The notes under the pieces were generated by a model. It was given only the letters and a program-made list of their open reading frames with translations. It was not told the origin of the DNA and searched no databases. Source: the human T2T-CHM13v2.0 reference genome, Homo sapiens. From it: 64,000 bases of DNA. The stretch lies in NCBI RefSeq assembly GCF_009914755.1, contig NC_060936.1. The stretch is one strand, 5' to 3'. Below are positions 1-21,128 of the stretch, piece by piece. Within the stretch, counting starts at the first letter, position 1. Each line of letters begins with the position of its first letter. The translations under genes and the position numbers were made by a program.

Positions 1-124
1 TTGTTATTACCTTTTAAATTACCAAGAGAGTTTCTAAAAAGCAATCCAGAAAGAGTGCCAGGTTTTAACTTTATCGAAAATTCATGTCTGATCTAAACAT
101 CATTTCCCTGCTTTTTTGATTGAT

Positions 125-1308
<1,184 letters not shown>

Positions 1309-1793
1309 CATGCAAGGTATCTTAGGTATACAGAAACTATATGATGTATTGCAGAGTCAGTGCAGTCATATTTGAATATAACACCAATCATGTAATCAAT
1401 TTCTCCCCTTATTTCTAGGTTTGATACTAGGAAATACATTTCCTTAGAAATAAGTTAAAAGGTCTTTTTTTTTTTCTGCACCTCCCTTTCTTATGTGGTG
1501 AATGAAAATTTAATATCAATTCATTTGTGCTCCAGCTTGAGGTTGAACTGTCTGGATGGCAAATATTGTGGTGCTGGGGAAGCCCAGGTCAGAGGGAAGC
1601 TGGGGGAAGAGTGTGTTCACCGTGAGCTGAGGCCAAGGGGTGGCCTGTGGCCAAAACCAGGCTCTCCTGGACAACACTTTAACTTGCCCTTTGCAAAGCT
1701 TGCATGTTCAAGCTTAAGTCAAGACCCAGTGGTTCCATCTAAATGTTCCTCGACTGGAAGGTTGTGCCCAGTGCACATTTGAAAGGAGCTGAG

Positions 1794-2990
<1,197 letters not shown>

Positions 2991-3409
2991 TTGTATATGA
3001 TATGTATCCTATAATCTTCACTGCAAACATGCAAGACTGAGATGATTATGCCCATTTTTAGATACAGAAATCGAGGCTTTGCAGTAAGGTCACAGAGCCT
3101 CATGGTGGAGTCAGGACTTTTAATCCAGGTGTACCAGACTCTGAAGCCCACCATACTCAACCCTCCCACCTGTAAGGCAGACCTCCTTTCCTTGTCCCAT
3201 GAGCCCAGGTTCGCTGTGGAACAACCAACTTTTTGGCATTAATTTCAGCACCTGGAGGGCTTTTCTTTTGGTAGTCAAACAGCCACATTTTCCAAGAAGT
3301 GGTGCATCTGTGATGACCAATGGCTCAAAGCAGCCCAAAGTGAGAGTGCTTGCGGTTCGATGTTGACAAACCCACCCAGAGTAACACACATTTATGACTT
3401 TTTCTCCAG

Positions 3410-3587
3410 GAGTTAGCTGTGCCAGTGGTTCATGACGGGGGCGCTCTTTTGGCCTTTGTCTGTGGTGTCGTGTACACGCTCCTACAGTCCATCATCTCTT
3501 ACAAATCATGTCCCCAGTGGAACAGTCTCTCGACATGCCACATACGGATGGTCATCTCTGCCGTTTCTTGCGCAGCTGTCATCCCCA
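3410..3587 (+). CDS. DRAM1: DRAM1 coding exon (exon 4), 178 nt: [59 protein letters not shown]+a
   Basis: Translation matches recalled human DRAM1 protein; acceptor tttttctccag ends at 3409; donor gtatcctttt starts at 3588. Confidence 0.97.
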
Positions 3588-3611
3588 GTATCCTTTTTCA
3601 CATTTGTGCCT

Positions 3612-4076
3612 TGTTAAAGGAATAAAACATTCAGTGACACTTGTTAAAGAAGGGTAATGAAGACTTTATAGGGACCGCTGCAATGAGTTCTGACAGCAGG
3701 GCGGAGAGATTGGGCTCAACTCTGAATACAGCATTGGCAAGTGCGAATCTATAGCCAAGGAGTAGGATGAGGTCAGTGAATGGAAAAGTACTAAAAGGAA
3801 ACCTCAAGGATGAGGGGGAATTCTGGCCAAACCAACCTAACAGGATTCTTATTGAGTACTGGCCATGTGATCAGACATCACCTGGGAAGGGTGGAGGAGG
3901 AGGAGGAACCCAATCAGATATTGAGTGTGATCAGATATGAGGGTGGGGGGTCCTTGCTAAACTGACTTAGCCAGGGTTCTTTGCTAAAACTGGATCTTAC
4001 AAGGAAGTGCACAGATGGACCTAGGAGAAGTTTCAGGGGCTTGACTAAAGTTCAGCCAAGCAAAGGATCTTTGTCA
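3612..4076 (-). mobile_element. ERV1-class solo LTR, MER31-like
   Basis: TG...CA termini; minus strand starts tgacaaagatcctttgcttggctgaactttagtc as in recalled MER31 consensus; internal repeated gatcagata motifs. Confidence 0.75.
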
Positions 4077-4204
4077 CCGTGTCTTAGCAAAGCTTGACAC
4101 TTCCCTTCCCCACAACCAAAAAAAAAAAAAAAAAAAAAGCAAAGGATAACAACCAAGTTTCCACATTTTTTCAGAAAAACAATTCGGATAAAAGTGTAGA
4201 TCAA

Positions 4205-8950
<4,746 letters not shown>

Positions 8951-9395
8951 GGAAAGGAAAATAGTATTTTAGGGAAAAAGTATTTTTATTCAGTGGGAAG
9001 TATTCAAAAAGAACCATCCTGGACTGCTGCGTCAGTCATTTTGACCGAATTTAAACAGCTAGTTTAAATGGGAAGATCCAGAAACATGTAGGGTTGTGCA
9101 AAATGTAGTGACAAGTTTTAATAAATTTTACTATACACACTGGAAAACTATTGCGAAGGTATTTCCGTGTTGTGATTTAACTCTCATCATTGAATTTGAA
9201 GTTTGAGTTTATAAGAAGCTAATATAACTGGTTTGATTGTAGAAATGTTGGTATTAACATTTTAATTGATGATAGAAATGTTGGTATTAACATTTTAACA
9301 CCTTATAATGATTATGTTATTAGGAGAATAATGTAGTCTTAACATTAAAGGAACTGTTGTGTGCTGTAGTTTCCTTAACTGTTTACTTCTTTCAG

Positions 9396-9454
9396 TGATT
9401 GTCTGTGCTTCACTAATTTCCATAACCAAGCTGGAGTGGAATCCAAGAGAAAAG
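9396..9454 (+). CDS. DRAM1: DRAM1 coding exon (exon 5), 59 nt: (M)IVCASLISITKLEWNPREK
   Basis: Acceptor ttctttcag; donor AAG|gtaaca at 9455; peptide continues DRAM1. Confidence 0.96.
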
Positions 9455-9622
9455 GTAACATTTAAGTTGTTGTGAATGTGGTTGTCGGACGTGGTTATGT
9501 GAGCTTGTGGCCAGGCTAGGCATAGGGAAGATCACTGCTGTTCCTTAGAACAAGTTGCAAAATGTCAAATAAACATGGCATGTAATCAATTTACTGTCCA
9601 ATCATTTGGCAGTATGTAGTAA

Positions 9623-11082
<1,460 letters not shown>

Positions 11083-13131
11083 TGCAGACTTTCGAACGGT
11101 AAAGCAAATAGAAAGAGTATTATTAGATGAGTGTTAGACAGAAGCAATGCCTGGGATGGCTTGGAGAGCTTGGCATTAGGAGGGCAAGGAGAAGGCAGTT
11201 CTACTAGTTCACATTTCAAATAGGGGAAATCTGATGGGTGTTGGCAAATGATTAACACAAGAATGAAGTGGCATGATGAATCAAAGATGACTTCTAAGTT
11301 TTTATCTTAGGTGAACCAAAGAATTTATTCCCTTGACCAGAAATAAGGCCCCTAACAGGGATAAATAATTTAGTAGGTGGAAGTGGATGAGTTTGGTTAG
11401 AGTTGATGATTCTGAGGATATGATGAGATATCGAGGTTAGAAACATGGGCCTAGGCCAGGTGCTGTGGTTCATGCCTGTAATCCCAGCACTTTGGGAGGC
11501 TGAGGCAGGAGGATTGCTTGAGTCCAGGAGATGAAGACCAGTCAGGGTAACACAGTAAGATCCTGCCTCTACAAAAATTAGCCAGACGTTGTGGCATGCG
11601 CCTGTAGTCCCAGCTACTTGGGAAGCTGAGGTGGAAGGATCACTTGCACTCCGGTGGGCCTAGACTTCTGGTGGGACTGGGAGTCGTCAGAGTGTAGGGT
11701 AGAGTTGTTAGAGTATGGGGTAGACCAGGACATTTTGGACCAAGCATCAGAACACATGGAACCAAATGTTTGACATTGAGATCAACCCATCCTGTTAGAT
11801 ACCTGTAGTAGTGGTTCATCTAGACGCCTTATAGGAGAATCAAGGATGCCCCAGGAAAGAAGAGAGTTAGTGAGAGACAGAGGATTCTTTCCCCCAAGGA
11901 TCAGGTGGAAGAATACCTCCAGCAAAGGAGAAGTAAAGGGATCATGGACCAGAGAGAAGAACTAGACTTGTGCTGTATGGTAGACCTCATTGATGAGTCC
12001 CTACCACATGCAAGACTGTGAAAGATTATAGAGGGCAGGGTGGCCATGGGATAGAGGATCCTGAGGGATTTTATAGTTCAGAGGGGCAAACAGCCAGTTG
12101 TCAATGGCTAAATGTAATACTTTGAAGAATAAAAAAATGCTGAACTGGACTTCAGACAACACATTGTGGAAATGCAGAAGCAATAGCAATTAATCCTAAC
12201 GATGGAATGAGAGGAGATACGATCCCAGAGACTAAAGGACATTTTTCAAAGGCAAGGGAAATGGCTAACTATGGCATATGCAGCTGAATAGCCTTTAGGA
12301 ATGAAGTCCCTCAATTTGGGCAATAAGGGAGTCAGTGATGTTTGTCAAAAAGTAGTTTCAGTAAAACGCCGAGGTTAGAAGCCAATGGCAAGAAGTTAAA
12401 TAGTGAGAGGGATGGTTCTTTCATTCAGCTATCAACCAAATGTTTATTGAGTCCTGTTCTGGACTGGAGGTAAGAGGTAAAGGAGGAACACCAGGGTGGC
12501 TAGAGGAGACAGCAGGATTTCCCAATATGGAGAACTCTGGCAGGTAATGGAAGCCTGCCAAGACAAGAGAGAGACAGAAGATGGTGAGGAAGAGAATGAT
12601 CCAGACAGGAGATCAAAAAGTGCTTCTTGGCCGGGTGCGGTGGCTCAGGCCTGTAATTCCAACACTTTGGGAGGCCAAGGCGGGTGGATCACTTGAGGCT
12701 AGAGTTCAAAACTAGCCTGGCCAATATGGCGAAACCCTGTCTGTACTAAAAAAAAAAAAAATTTTTGGTGTAGTGGCACACACCTGTAGTCCCAGCTACT
12801 TGGGAGGCTGAGGCAGGAGAATTGCTTGTACCCAGGAGTTGGAGAGCTGGAGGCTGCAATGAGCCGAGATCATGCCAATGCACTCCAGCCTGTGCAACAA
12901 GAGTGAGACTCCATCTCAAAAAAAAAAAAAAAGCCTTCTTTAAAATCTAACCTTAAAATGGTCAAATTCGTCAATAGGTTAGACCTAGGCAAAAGGCAGG
13001 TTTTTTTCTTTCTTATATATGGGGAATTAGCCCCATCATGCGAAGGGGGTTCAGTTCCTCTTTCCGTTGGAGAGAACCTCTTTCTGAAAGTGAGACCGCA
13101 TAGCGGAGCAGTTCAGGTGTACTTTACTTTT

Positions 13132-13150
13132 CAGCCACTCGGGGGCGACC
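13132..13150 (+). promoter_or_regulatory. Candidate CTCF site in DRAM1 intron 5
   Basis: cagCCACTCGGGGGCGAcc is one mismatch from core CCASYAGRKGGCR, within a locally CpG-retaining patch. Confidence 0.55.
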
Positions 13151-13908
13151 TTCTATCACAAACCCGCTGCTGGGAAGGGCTTATCGAAGTATATTCCCAG
13201 GCAGTTAAAAATCTGTTATATTCCACTTTCTATCTTAAAAATGTGAAAAGCACATTGTTTTCTATTCACTCCATAAATGACTGCGCCACTCTTGCATTTC
13301 CTTCTGTTCCTAATATCAAAGGATGTAAAAAAATTTCCCTTTACATTAATTCACTGAATAATCATTTAGGTACTGCCTCAAACTTCTGTGTAGTGCTTTA
13401 CAGCTTTCACAGCACATTTATATGCAGTGACTTACTTGGTAGGGGGAGGTGAGAATTATAATGTCACTGTCTCATTTCACATAGCAAGGATATTAGGGCT
13501 TTGCCTGCATTCAGGACTCTTGGTTCCATGTACTTTCACTAATATCATGCTTAAGAAATTCCCCCCAAAGTTCTGCCTTTATTTTTAGAAGCCATCTTCC
13601 TTGTTCAGGGATGATACGGGATGTGGCAGGTCCCCTGGTACTGGTACCAGAAGGAGGAAGCCTCTGTTCTGTATCTCCTACTGTAGGCTGGTCAGGTCCT
13701 CCTCGGTGTGACCTAGCATGAAAACAGTGGGTGAGTGTGACCATGACAAGGAGAGTGAAGAGTGACGCTCGGAGGGCTTGGTGTGCCTCCACTCGATCTG
13801 TCTGGATGAAAACAGGATCAAAGAAAACAACTGTCACCATGGAGCTGCCCTGTGATCCAGCACATTTACTTACCCTTGTAGCCTACAGCAGTTTGGGGTA
13901 GAAGAGCA

Positions 13909-14008
13909 GTGGGCTCAGCCCTCAACAGCACATGCCAAGGGCAGAGCAGCCCATGTATGCAGCTTCGGAGGGTATGGGGGTGTAGGGAGTTAGGGGTAGT
14001 TGCTCATT
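13909..14008 (+). repeat. 100-bp direct duplication, copy 1 (intron 5)
   Basis: 90/100 identical, ungapped, to 17560-17659. Confidence 0.92.
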
Positions 14009-14248
14009 TCAGCAGAGCAGAAAGTGACGTAGGAAATCAGAGGGGGCACACTGACAGTCCCCAGGCCTCATTTGGCATGTGAGCTAACATCAGAATGCAG
14101 ATATGCATATTTGACTCAGAGTTTTATTTATTTTTATTTTATTATTATTATTATTATTTTTGAGACAGAGTCTTGCTCTGTCACCCAGGTTGGAGTAGAG
14201 TGACGCAATCATGGTTCACTGCAACCTCTATCCCCCAGGCTCAAGTGA

Positions 14249-14551
<303 letters not shown>

Positions 14552-15331
14552 TGAAAGCAACACTAGTGTATTATTTTCCCATGGAATTGAGCTGATGAGG
14601 CGTGGGCTCCCTAACTTCCCTCTCTTTTCACAACCATCAGTTTTATTTATTATTGTTAATTTTCTGGCCTCCATAGGCAACTGAGTTTGGAACATCTGAT
14701 TGAAGCCATTCTCCTTGGCTTCCATTCTCCCATTCTTGCCTCCAAGAAGATATACAGTTAACATGTGGATGTCCATTATTAGCATTTTCTTTGTAGCTGT
14801 ATTTACCTTAGGATGTTAAGCAGAACTATTTCCTGAATGATCATTTCTATATAAACAGGGAAACACGAAACCTAGGGGACTAGTTGGCCAAGTTCATCTA
14901 GATGTGTACACACTTTCTTTGGAACAACTGCGAGAGTGCTTGTTAAGCATGCCCTTACACTTAGGGATTCTCAGCAGAGCGAGACCAAGTCATGCCTTGT
15001 ATGGAAATTTCTTTCTTCTGTTGAGTCCAAATTTGCTTCCCAGTCTCAGCCATTTTGCAGTCCTTAGTCTACCTTTTGAAGTGACAAACTAAATCTTAAA
15101 ACAAGAGTTTGTGCGAGCCAGAAAGAACTTTGGAATACCTGCCTTCGCATTCTCAGTGGGCAGGTGCCCTGACACTTAGTAACGTGGTTGTGCTTACCGT
15201 ATATCCTCAAAGTTCTGACTTATGCTCACTGGACAGCTTTTTCCTTTGGTTGAAACTCCTCATTGTATTTCAGTATGTACATTAAAGTGAGTCTTTTTCG
15301 GCTAAATTCTGTTTCTTTATTATTGCATTAG

Positions 15332-15424
15332 GATTATGTATATCACGTAGTGAGTGCGATCTGTGAATGGACAGTGGCCTTTGGTTTTATTTTCTACTTC
15401 CTAACTTTCATCCAAGATTTCCAG
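15332..15424 (+). CDS. DRAM1: DRAM1 coding exon (exon 6), 93 nt: [31 protein letters not shown]
   Basis: Acceptor ...tattgcattag at 15331; donor CAG|gtaggt at 15425; last transmembrane helix of the DRAM/TMEM150 family. Confidence 0.97.
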
Positions 15425-15925
15425 GTAGGTGTTTATCAATTCAAATGTTTTAAATTGCGGACAATTAGGATTAGTAAAAATTTGCAGAAGACATTTTGCA
15501 TTTTTAAAAAGAGCACTTTCTTTTTATCCTTAATGTGTTTGAGAAAAATCTGTAAGGATTGTGCAACTTCATGTGTTAGCTTATTCCCAATGGGAGGCAT
15601 CTTTAATAGCTCTCCCACCAATGAGATTTTCATATGTCCTCTGCTGTTTGATGTTAATAGTCATGTATCCTGGTTGTTTTCTTTTAGGAGGTCTCACTTA
15701 CTAGTTCCAAATAATACAAAGTAAATATATCTTTTTTAAAAATAAAAGTATGCCAGGTGTGGTGGTTCACATCTGTAATCCCAGCACTTTGGGAGGCCGA
15801 GGCGGGCAGATCACCTGAGGTCAGGAGTTCGAGACCAGCCTGACCAACATGGAGAAACCCCGTCTCTACTAAAAATACAAAATTAGCTGGGGGTGGTGGC
15901 ACATGCCTGTATTCCCAGCTACTCA

Positions 15926-16030
<105 letters not shown>

Positions 16031-16336
16031 TCAAAATAAATAAATAAATGAATAAATAAAAAATAAAAGTGTGTTGTTCAAAAAACATTCCCAAAGCAGA
16101 TAGAAGATGGGACTATATCAGATTTGTCCACAGGAAAAATCTTACATTTTGAAACAAGTGAATTATTAGCTCAAAGGATATAGAAAGCCAAGAAAATTCT
16201 TTAGGACCTGACTCAAGCATAGCACAAACCATAGTGAGATCATTCCTTAGGTGGTGCAGAGCTGTTGGAAATGTCATTGTCAACGCTGGGATTGTTTAAC
16301 TTCTTTTAAACCTTTCTCTTTCATTTTTAAAAATAG

Positions 16337-16381
16337 AGTGTCACCCTAAGGATATCCACAGAAATCAATGGTGATATTTGA
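16337..16381 (+). CDS. DRAM1: DRAM1 terminal coding segment (exon 7): SVTLRISTEINGDI*
   Basis: Acceptor ...ttttaaaaatag at 16336; TGA at 16379-16381; matches recalled DRAM1 C-terminus. Confidence 0.95.
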   Translation, partial: SVTLRISTEINGDI

Positions 16382-17559
16382 AGAAAGAAGAATTCAGTCT
16401 CACTCAGTGAATGTCGCAGGCCATTTCTAAAAGTGCTACAGAGGACAGACAGGGTTTTGAGGCCACCCTGATTATTGGGATGCATCTGCAGCACATCCAG
16501 GACTTGAATTTCATTACGAGTTCCTAATAGTTGTATTTCTAAAGATGTGTTTCCTAGAGAATGTACAGCCTTATGACACTGTAGTGATGTTTTTATAATT
16601 TTCTAAGTAGATTTTTTTATATTAACAAATTCATATACAGAAAAAATAAGGTGTTACAAAAAATGGAGAGCTCTTATTTTTGTACAGATTCTGTCGTTTT
16701 TTTTTTATTTGTGTGAGATTTATGGAAATACACTAAATGAGTAATTCAGGTTCAGTACATTTATTACAAAGTGAAATCAGGGGATATTCATTTGTAAATT
16801 TTATTCTTAGTGAATGAACTGTATAATTTTTTTTATCAGGAGAGCACTTATAAAATTCAATTTATAAAGATCATATACCCAAATCATAAAGATTTAGTTG
16901 ATACATTAACACTAAGATACTCTGATTTTTAGCCAAACTAAACAAAGTGCTTCTACTGAGAGGCCTTTATACCACCATGTACAGTAACTCTAAGTGAATA
17001 CGGAAGACCTTGGTTTTGAAATTCTGCCACCTTGTTTCTCCCTGCTCATGAGGTCGCACCTTTTGCTCTTGCTGCTAATTGCCCATTCTTAGTGGGTGTA
17101 ATGCCAGGTGGAATGGTTTCAACAAGTCAGGTGAAAACCATCCTTTATTGTTGCTGGCACAACTTGATATATAGTCTGACTCAGAACTGAAGCTCACATC
17201 TCAAATTCATTTCATGCCAGTAAATGTGGCAAAGAGAAGAAAGGCCCAAGAGCGAGACAAGAAGAATGGAGAAGGGGGCAGCCAAGAAGAACTTCTGGGT
17301 TCAGGGTACTGTTTATTTGCTCCTTCTCTTCATGCCTGTGGCTGGATGTCCCACAACACTATAAGAAATATAAGTCAAGCCCTTTGTGTTAAGCAAGAAC
17401 TACAGACTCCATCTTTTCACCCAAATCATGAATGACCAATAAAAAGCAAGTTATTCCAGAGGAAGAAGCAGCCCTTGAAATGTTAAGGCTTAGGCTTGAA
17501 AGGTGAAGAGCAGGAATTCTCTCTTTCAAATCCTAGAGCATAAACCCATGTGTGGCCAA

Positions 17560-17659
17560 GTGAGATCAGCCCTCAAGGGCACATGCCAAGGGCAGAGCAG
17601 CCCATGTAGACAGCTTCGGAGGGCATGGGGGTGTAGGGAGTTCGGGGTAGCTCCTCATT
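17560..17659 (+). repeat. 100-bp direct duplication, copy 2 (3' UTR)
   Basis: 90/100 identical, ungapped, to 13909-14008. Confidence 0.92.
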
Positions 17660-17940
17660 AACTATTTGTTGGGTGAGTAAAGGGGTGAGGCTCAGTGGCA
17701 GGTACCTCTGCAATGACAAGCTGCCTCCCCTCTATGTGTTTAGCATATGTTATTAGAACATGTCCGACACCCCTACCGCTGCCATTTGGGCCCTTTAATA
17801 AAGCCAAGTAGAGAAATCTGGCAATAAAAGGCAAATGTAAGCATGCTTTCTTTAAGACGCATCATAAATGGTTTTCTTTAAGTGAATGGAAGAGTTTGAC
17901 AGAGATACACCTTTGTAAGAAAACATTAAGAATGCTGGCT

Positions 17941-18241
17941 GGCTGTGGTGGCTCACACCTGTATTCCCAGCACTTTGGGAGGCCTAGGCAGGAGGATTGC
18001 TTGAGCCTGGGACTTCGAGACCAGACTGGGAAACATGGCAAAATCCCATCTCTACAACAAAAATACAAAAATTAGCCAAGTGCGGTGGTGTGCCTGTAGT
18101 CCTAGTTACTTGGGAGGCTGAGGTGGGAGAATCACCTGAGCCCAGGAGGTGGAGGCTGCAGTGAGCCATGCCAATGCACTCCAGTCTGGGCAACAGAGTG
18201 AGACCCTGTCTCAAAAATAAATAAATAAATAAATGAATAAA
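17941..18241 (+). mobile_element. AluJ-like element in the DRAM1 3' UTR (sense)
   Basis: Alu consensus; (AAAT)n tail; TSD agaatgct. Confidence 0.93.
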
Positions 18242-18714
18242 GAGAATGCTAATCATTTCTGGGTTCACTGCGACTCACTGTAGTGCTGGGGATCCCCCTT
18301 GTAACACTGGAACTGAAAGACAGTGATGAAAGCTATGTCAAGCATTCATTATTCTGAAGAGGAGGAGAAATGCCACATACCTTTCCCATGGGACCTGTGG
18401 TGGAATGAATCCATACTTCTGCCTCACTTCGAGCAGACTTTTGTTCTCGGCGCTCCTCACGATGGAGTTTCATGCTTCATTTTTACATCTCTCTGCACAA
18501 TTAGATTGGGAGCTCCTTGAGGGCAGAGTACGTGCCTTAATCTTTATCTTTGTAATGCCACAATGAACAGAGTGCCTCCTGGTACACTGTAGGAGCTTAA
18601 GAAATACTCACTGAATGCATGAATGAATGAATGAACAAATGAAGGAATGACTAAGGATGTTTGTAGTGCTATAATATAGAATGGGATTTACTCTGCTTTA
18701 CCAGTTAGTTTCAT

Positions 18715-18766
18715 AATAAACAAATAGTCTGTATCGCCTGGTAATGTTGACTGTTTTTCTTTGTGT
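18715..18766 (+). terminator. Main polyadenylation signal AATAAA plus downstream GU/U-rich element
   Basis: AATAAA 18715-18720, upstream TGTA (18662), downstream tgttgactgtttttctttgtgt. Confidence 0.75.
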
Positions 18767-19037
18767 ACTGTAAACATTTCAGTTGTTTCGGCATCACCAT
18801 TCTATGACAACAATCTTCAACCTGGACAGTTACCACAGAAAATTGTTACACGGGCTAGACCAAATGGTACACCTACCTGTCTTGGCAAACTGAGAAGGCC
18901 AAAAAAATCACTCCAGACAACCATATTCAGCAGATTCCATGCGACCTCTAAACCCGGTCTTATTCGGATTTTGGTATTATTTCTAATATCCATGAACTTG
19001 CATTTCCTTGTACCTTATGGCTGAAATAGTTAAATGA

Positions 19038-19292
<255 letters not shown>

Positions 19293-19590
19293 TGATCTGC
19301 CTGCCTCGACCTCCCAAAGTGCTGGGACTACAGGCGTGAGCCACTGCGCCTGGCCCAGTAATTTGTTTTGCTGTTAAATTAGAAAATATCACTTGGCTAC
19401 TACTATGAAGTAGATTTATCTGGGAGATGATTCCAGATCCATTTGGACTTTATAAAGGTATGATTACGATTTAAACCTTATGCTTTCTTAATTCATGTAG
19501 TTTTCCACGTGGGCACGATTGGTTCATCTTCGTAGATTCTCAAACGTTAGCATCAGAAGTTTATGTCACTCAAGATTCAGAGATGAAGAG

Positions 19591-19686
19591 ATCAGAAATC
19601 CAACAAGAAGGAGAAAAGGGAATCAGAAATCCAACAAGAAGGAGAAAAGGGAATCAGAAATCCAACAAGAAGGGGAAAAGGGAATC
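19591..19686 (+). repeat. Minisatellite, 31-bp unit atcagaaatccaacaagaaggagaaaaggga x3.1
   Basis: Three adjacent copies with one substitution. Confidence 0.95.
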
Positions 19687-20582
19687 TATATTGCCTCAAG
19701 TAACTGAGACATTTAGGAGTGGAACTGGCTTTATGGGGGCTGGATCTAAAAGTGCCATTAGGACTCCAACTTCTCTTTCCTCCTCTCAGCTGGCTTCATT
19801 CTCAGGCAGGCTTTCCCCTGATAGAAGTGACAGGGCATCTAGAACCCCCAGACCCACAACCTATCCACAAAAAGAGGTGGAAAGAAAGGACTTCTCAACA
19901 GTTCCAACCACAAGCCCATGAATTGTCTCCCATTGGCTGGCTTGGATCACATGCCATTGGGAGGTCTGAGGCTCTGATTGGTCAGACGTGAGTCACATGT
20001 TCACCTCTGGAGCAGGGAGGGGTCAACACCGCCGAAACTAGTGGGCTGATGGTGGCTGAAGGTTGTTTCTCAGAAGAAAAGGGTGGAAATGGGTCTCTAA
20101 CAGACAAAAAGCAGCAGATTCCACTGTAGAATTAAAACCCCCTTTCCCTTCATACCCTCCCCGCCCAAAAGGCAACCTAACTCGCTTCACAGTAAACCGA
20201 AATATACTTGCTAATAACCTTTTCGAATTTGAAAGTAAATAAGCCATTTAGATAATACAAAAACCTTGTGTTAACTCCAAAGTTATGTTTATATTTTTAA
20301 AAAGTTCTTGTTTTCTTATTTAGTGTCTCTTATTTAGAATCAGTTTTCCTGATTTCTAATCAAGTGGGTCTTTTTTTTTTTCTTTTTTAACATTAACACT
20401 GAGGATTCCACAGAAATTGCATTTTATAAACCAAATTAAGTGCATCAGTGTTGTGCTGTGTTTGGGTTTCCTAACATTCCTTACATGTGGCATTGTCCCA
20501 TGTTCCCATTTTTACTCAGTTGGAGACACACTAGTCTGGTGTTTGAGCCTGGAATGAGGAAAGGGGAGTGGGAGGAAGATAA

Positions 20583-21128
<546 letters not shown>

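Larger units (their letters stand above)
16382..18740 (+). other. DRAM1: DRAM1 3' UTR (~2.35 kb, end approximate), contains a sense Alu and several AATAAA hexamers
   Basis: Follows the stop codon; U/A-rich; ends at the AATAAA with the best flanking context. Confidence 0.8.

Noticed and set aside
12958-13452. 164-aa ATG ORF in intron 5
   Set aside because: No recognisable family, no poly(A) or TSD, low-information F/L/S-rich composition; the CpG patch is better explained by a CTCF-like site
15425-15724. Extension of the exon 6 ORF to 124 aa
   Set aside because: Strong donor CAG|gtaggt at 15425 and an in-frame next exon; the extension is intron read-through
17579-17588. p53 response element in the duplicated segment (gcacatgcca; also 13928-13937)
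   Set aside because: Single imperfect half-site with no properly spaced second RRRCWWGYYY
19591-19686. 31-bp repeats resembling a CRISPR array
   Set aside because: Units are adjacent with no spacers, and the context is human DNA
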